Assembly: GCA_963932905.1 (NCBI GenBank)
Contig: CAWVRN010000032.1
Coordinates: 1-48,852, forward strand
Source of the DNA: an uncultured Bdellovibrio sp.
Lineage (GTDB): Bacteria; Bdellovibrionota; Bdellovibrionia; Bdellovibrionales; Bdellovibrionaceae
Direction: 5' to 3'
Length of the DNA: 48,852 nucleotides
The notes beneath the pieces are model-generated. The model was not told the DNA's origin. It did no database searches and worked only from the letters and a program-made list of their open reading frames with translations. Made by a program: the position numbers and the translations under genes. Shown piece after piece: positions 48,424 through 48,852 of the stretch. Each line of letters opens with the position of its first letter. Position 1 is the first letter of the stretch.

Positions 48424-48707
48424 AAGTCTCCTAACTTAATCAGTTATTAAAGTCGCTCAAGTTACCTAGGTTTATATACTAAATTTCAAAAAAATGAAAA
48501 ATTAAAAATAGGATAGTTGATTTGATGTCAATTCTTGGAAAGAATACACTCTTTTATAGTTTAAATTGTCTTTGTTTCAGTCAAAATAGGTATTCTTTTA
48601 TTCCAGTTGGAGCCATGAAATTCAATACACATTTGATTTATAAATTATCATTCACGAATGGATCTGACTTTACTCGTGTAAAAAAAGAAAGAGGCTCTAT
48701 TATTTTT

Positions 48708-48852
48708 GAACTGGCCCCTTAGCCTGCGGCTAAGGCCAAGTAAGATATCGTCAAATCAAGTGAATTTAAAACGTGCTATCTAAAATCCAGAAAGACTCAA
48801 CACGCTCGCTTTATTGAGGGATCGAAACTCGAATGTATTACGAGTTAATTCG
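48708..48852. mobile_element. MITE/REPIN-like element, copy 2 (inverted, cut by window edge)
   Basis: 48706-48852 equals the reverse complement of 19874-20020 with 6 mismatches in 147 nt. Confidence 0.85.

Noticed and set aside
48522..48722. 66-aa ORF near the window end
   Set aside because: TTG start, AT-rich intergenic DNA, terminates inside the MITE end

Overview
AT-rich bacterial chromosomal segment whose gene content (RNase Y, degenerate HD-GYP proteins, cheY-cheX, many secreted hydrolases and lipoproteins) suggests a Bdellovibrionota-like predator (inference). About 1-18.9 kb is mostly core and signalling genes: rny, arfB, MFS, glpQ, queG, CCA-adding enzyme, Ser/Thr kinase-PilZ, cheX/cheY and a LuxR HTH. 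It also holds a secreted VIP2/C3-type ADP-ribosyltransferase. A 318-nt nested inverted-repeat element and a 258-bp MITE/REPIN-like element (second copy at the window end) precede an unusual type I secretion operon. That operon is an HlyD adaptor plus two large cNMP-domain/C39-like ABC transporters whose motif degeneracies are complementary, suggesting an asymmetric heterodimer. After xerD and comM, tRNA-Cys carries tandem att junctions with identically spaced arm repeats. These bound a DUF4062 + toxin-antitoxin mini-island, followed by an accessory region with an IS91-family remnant and secreted or membrane proteins.
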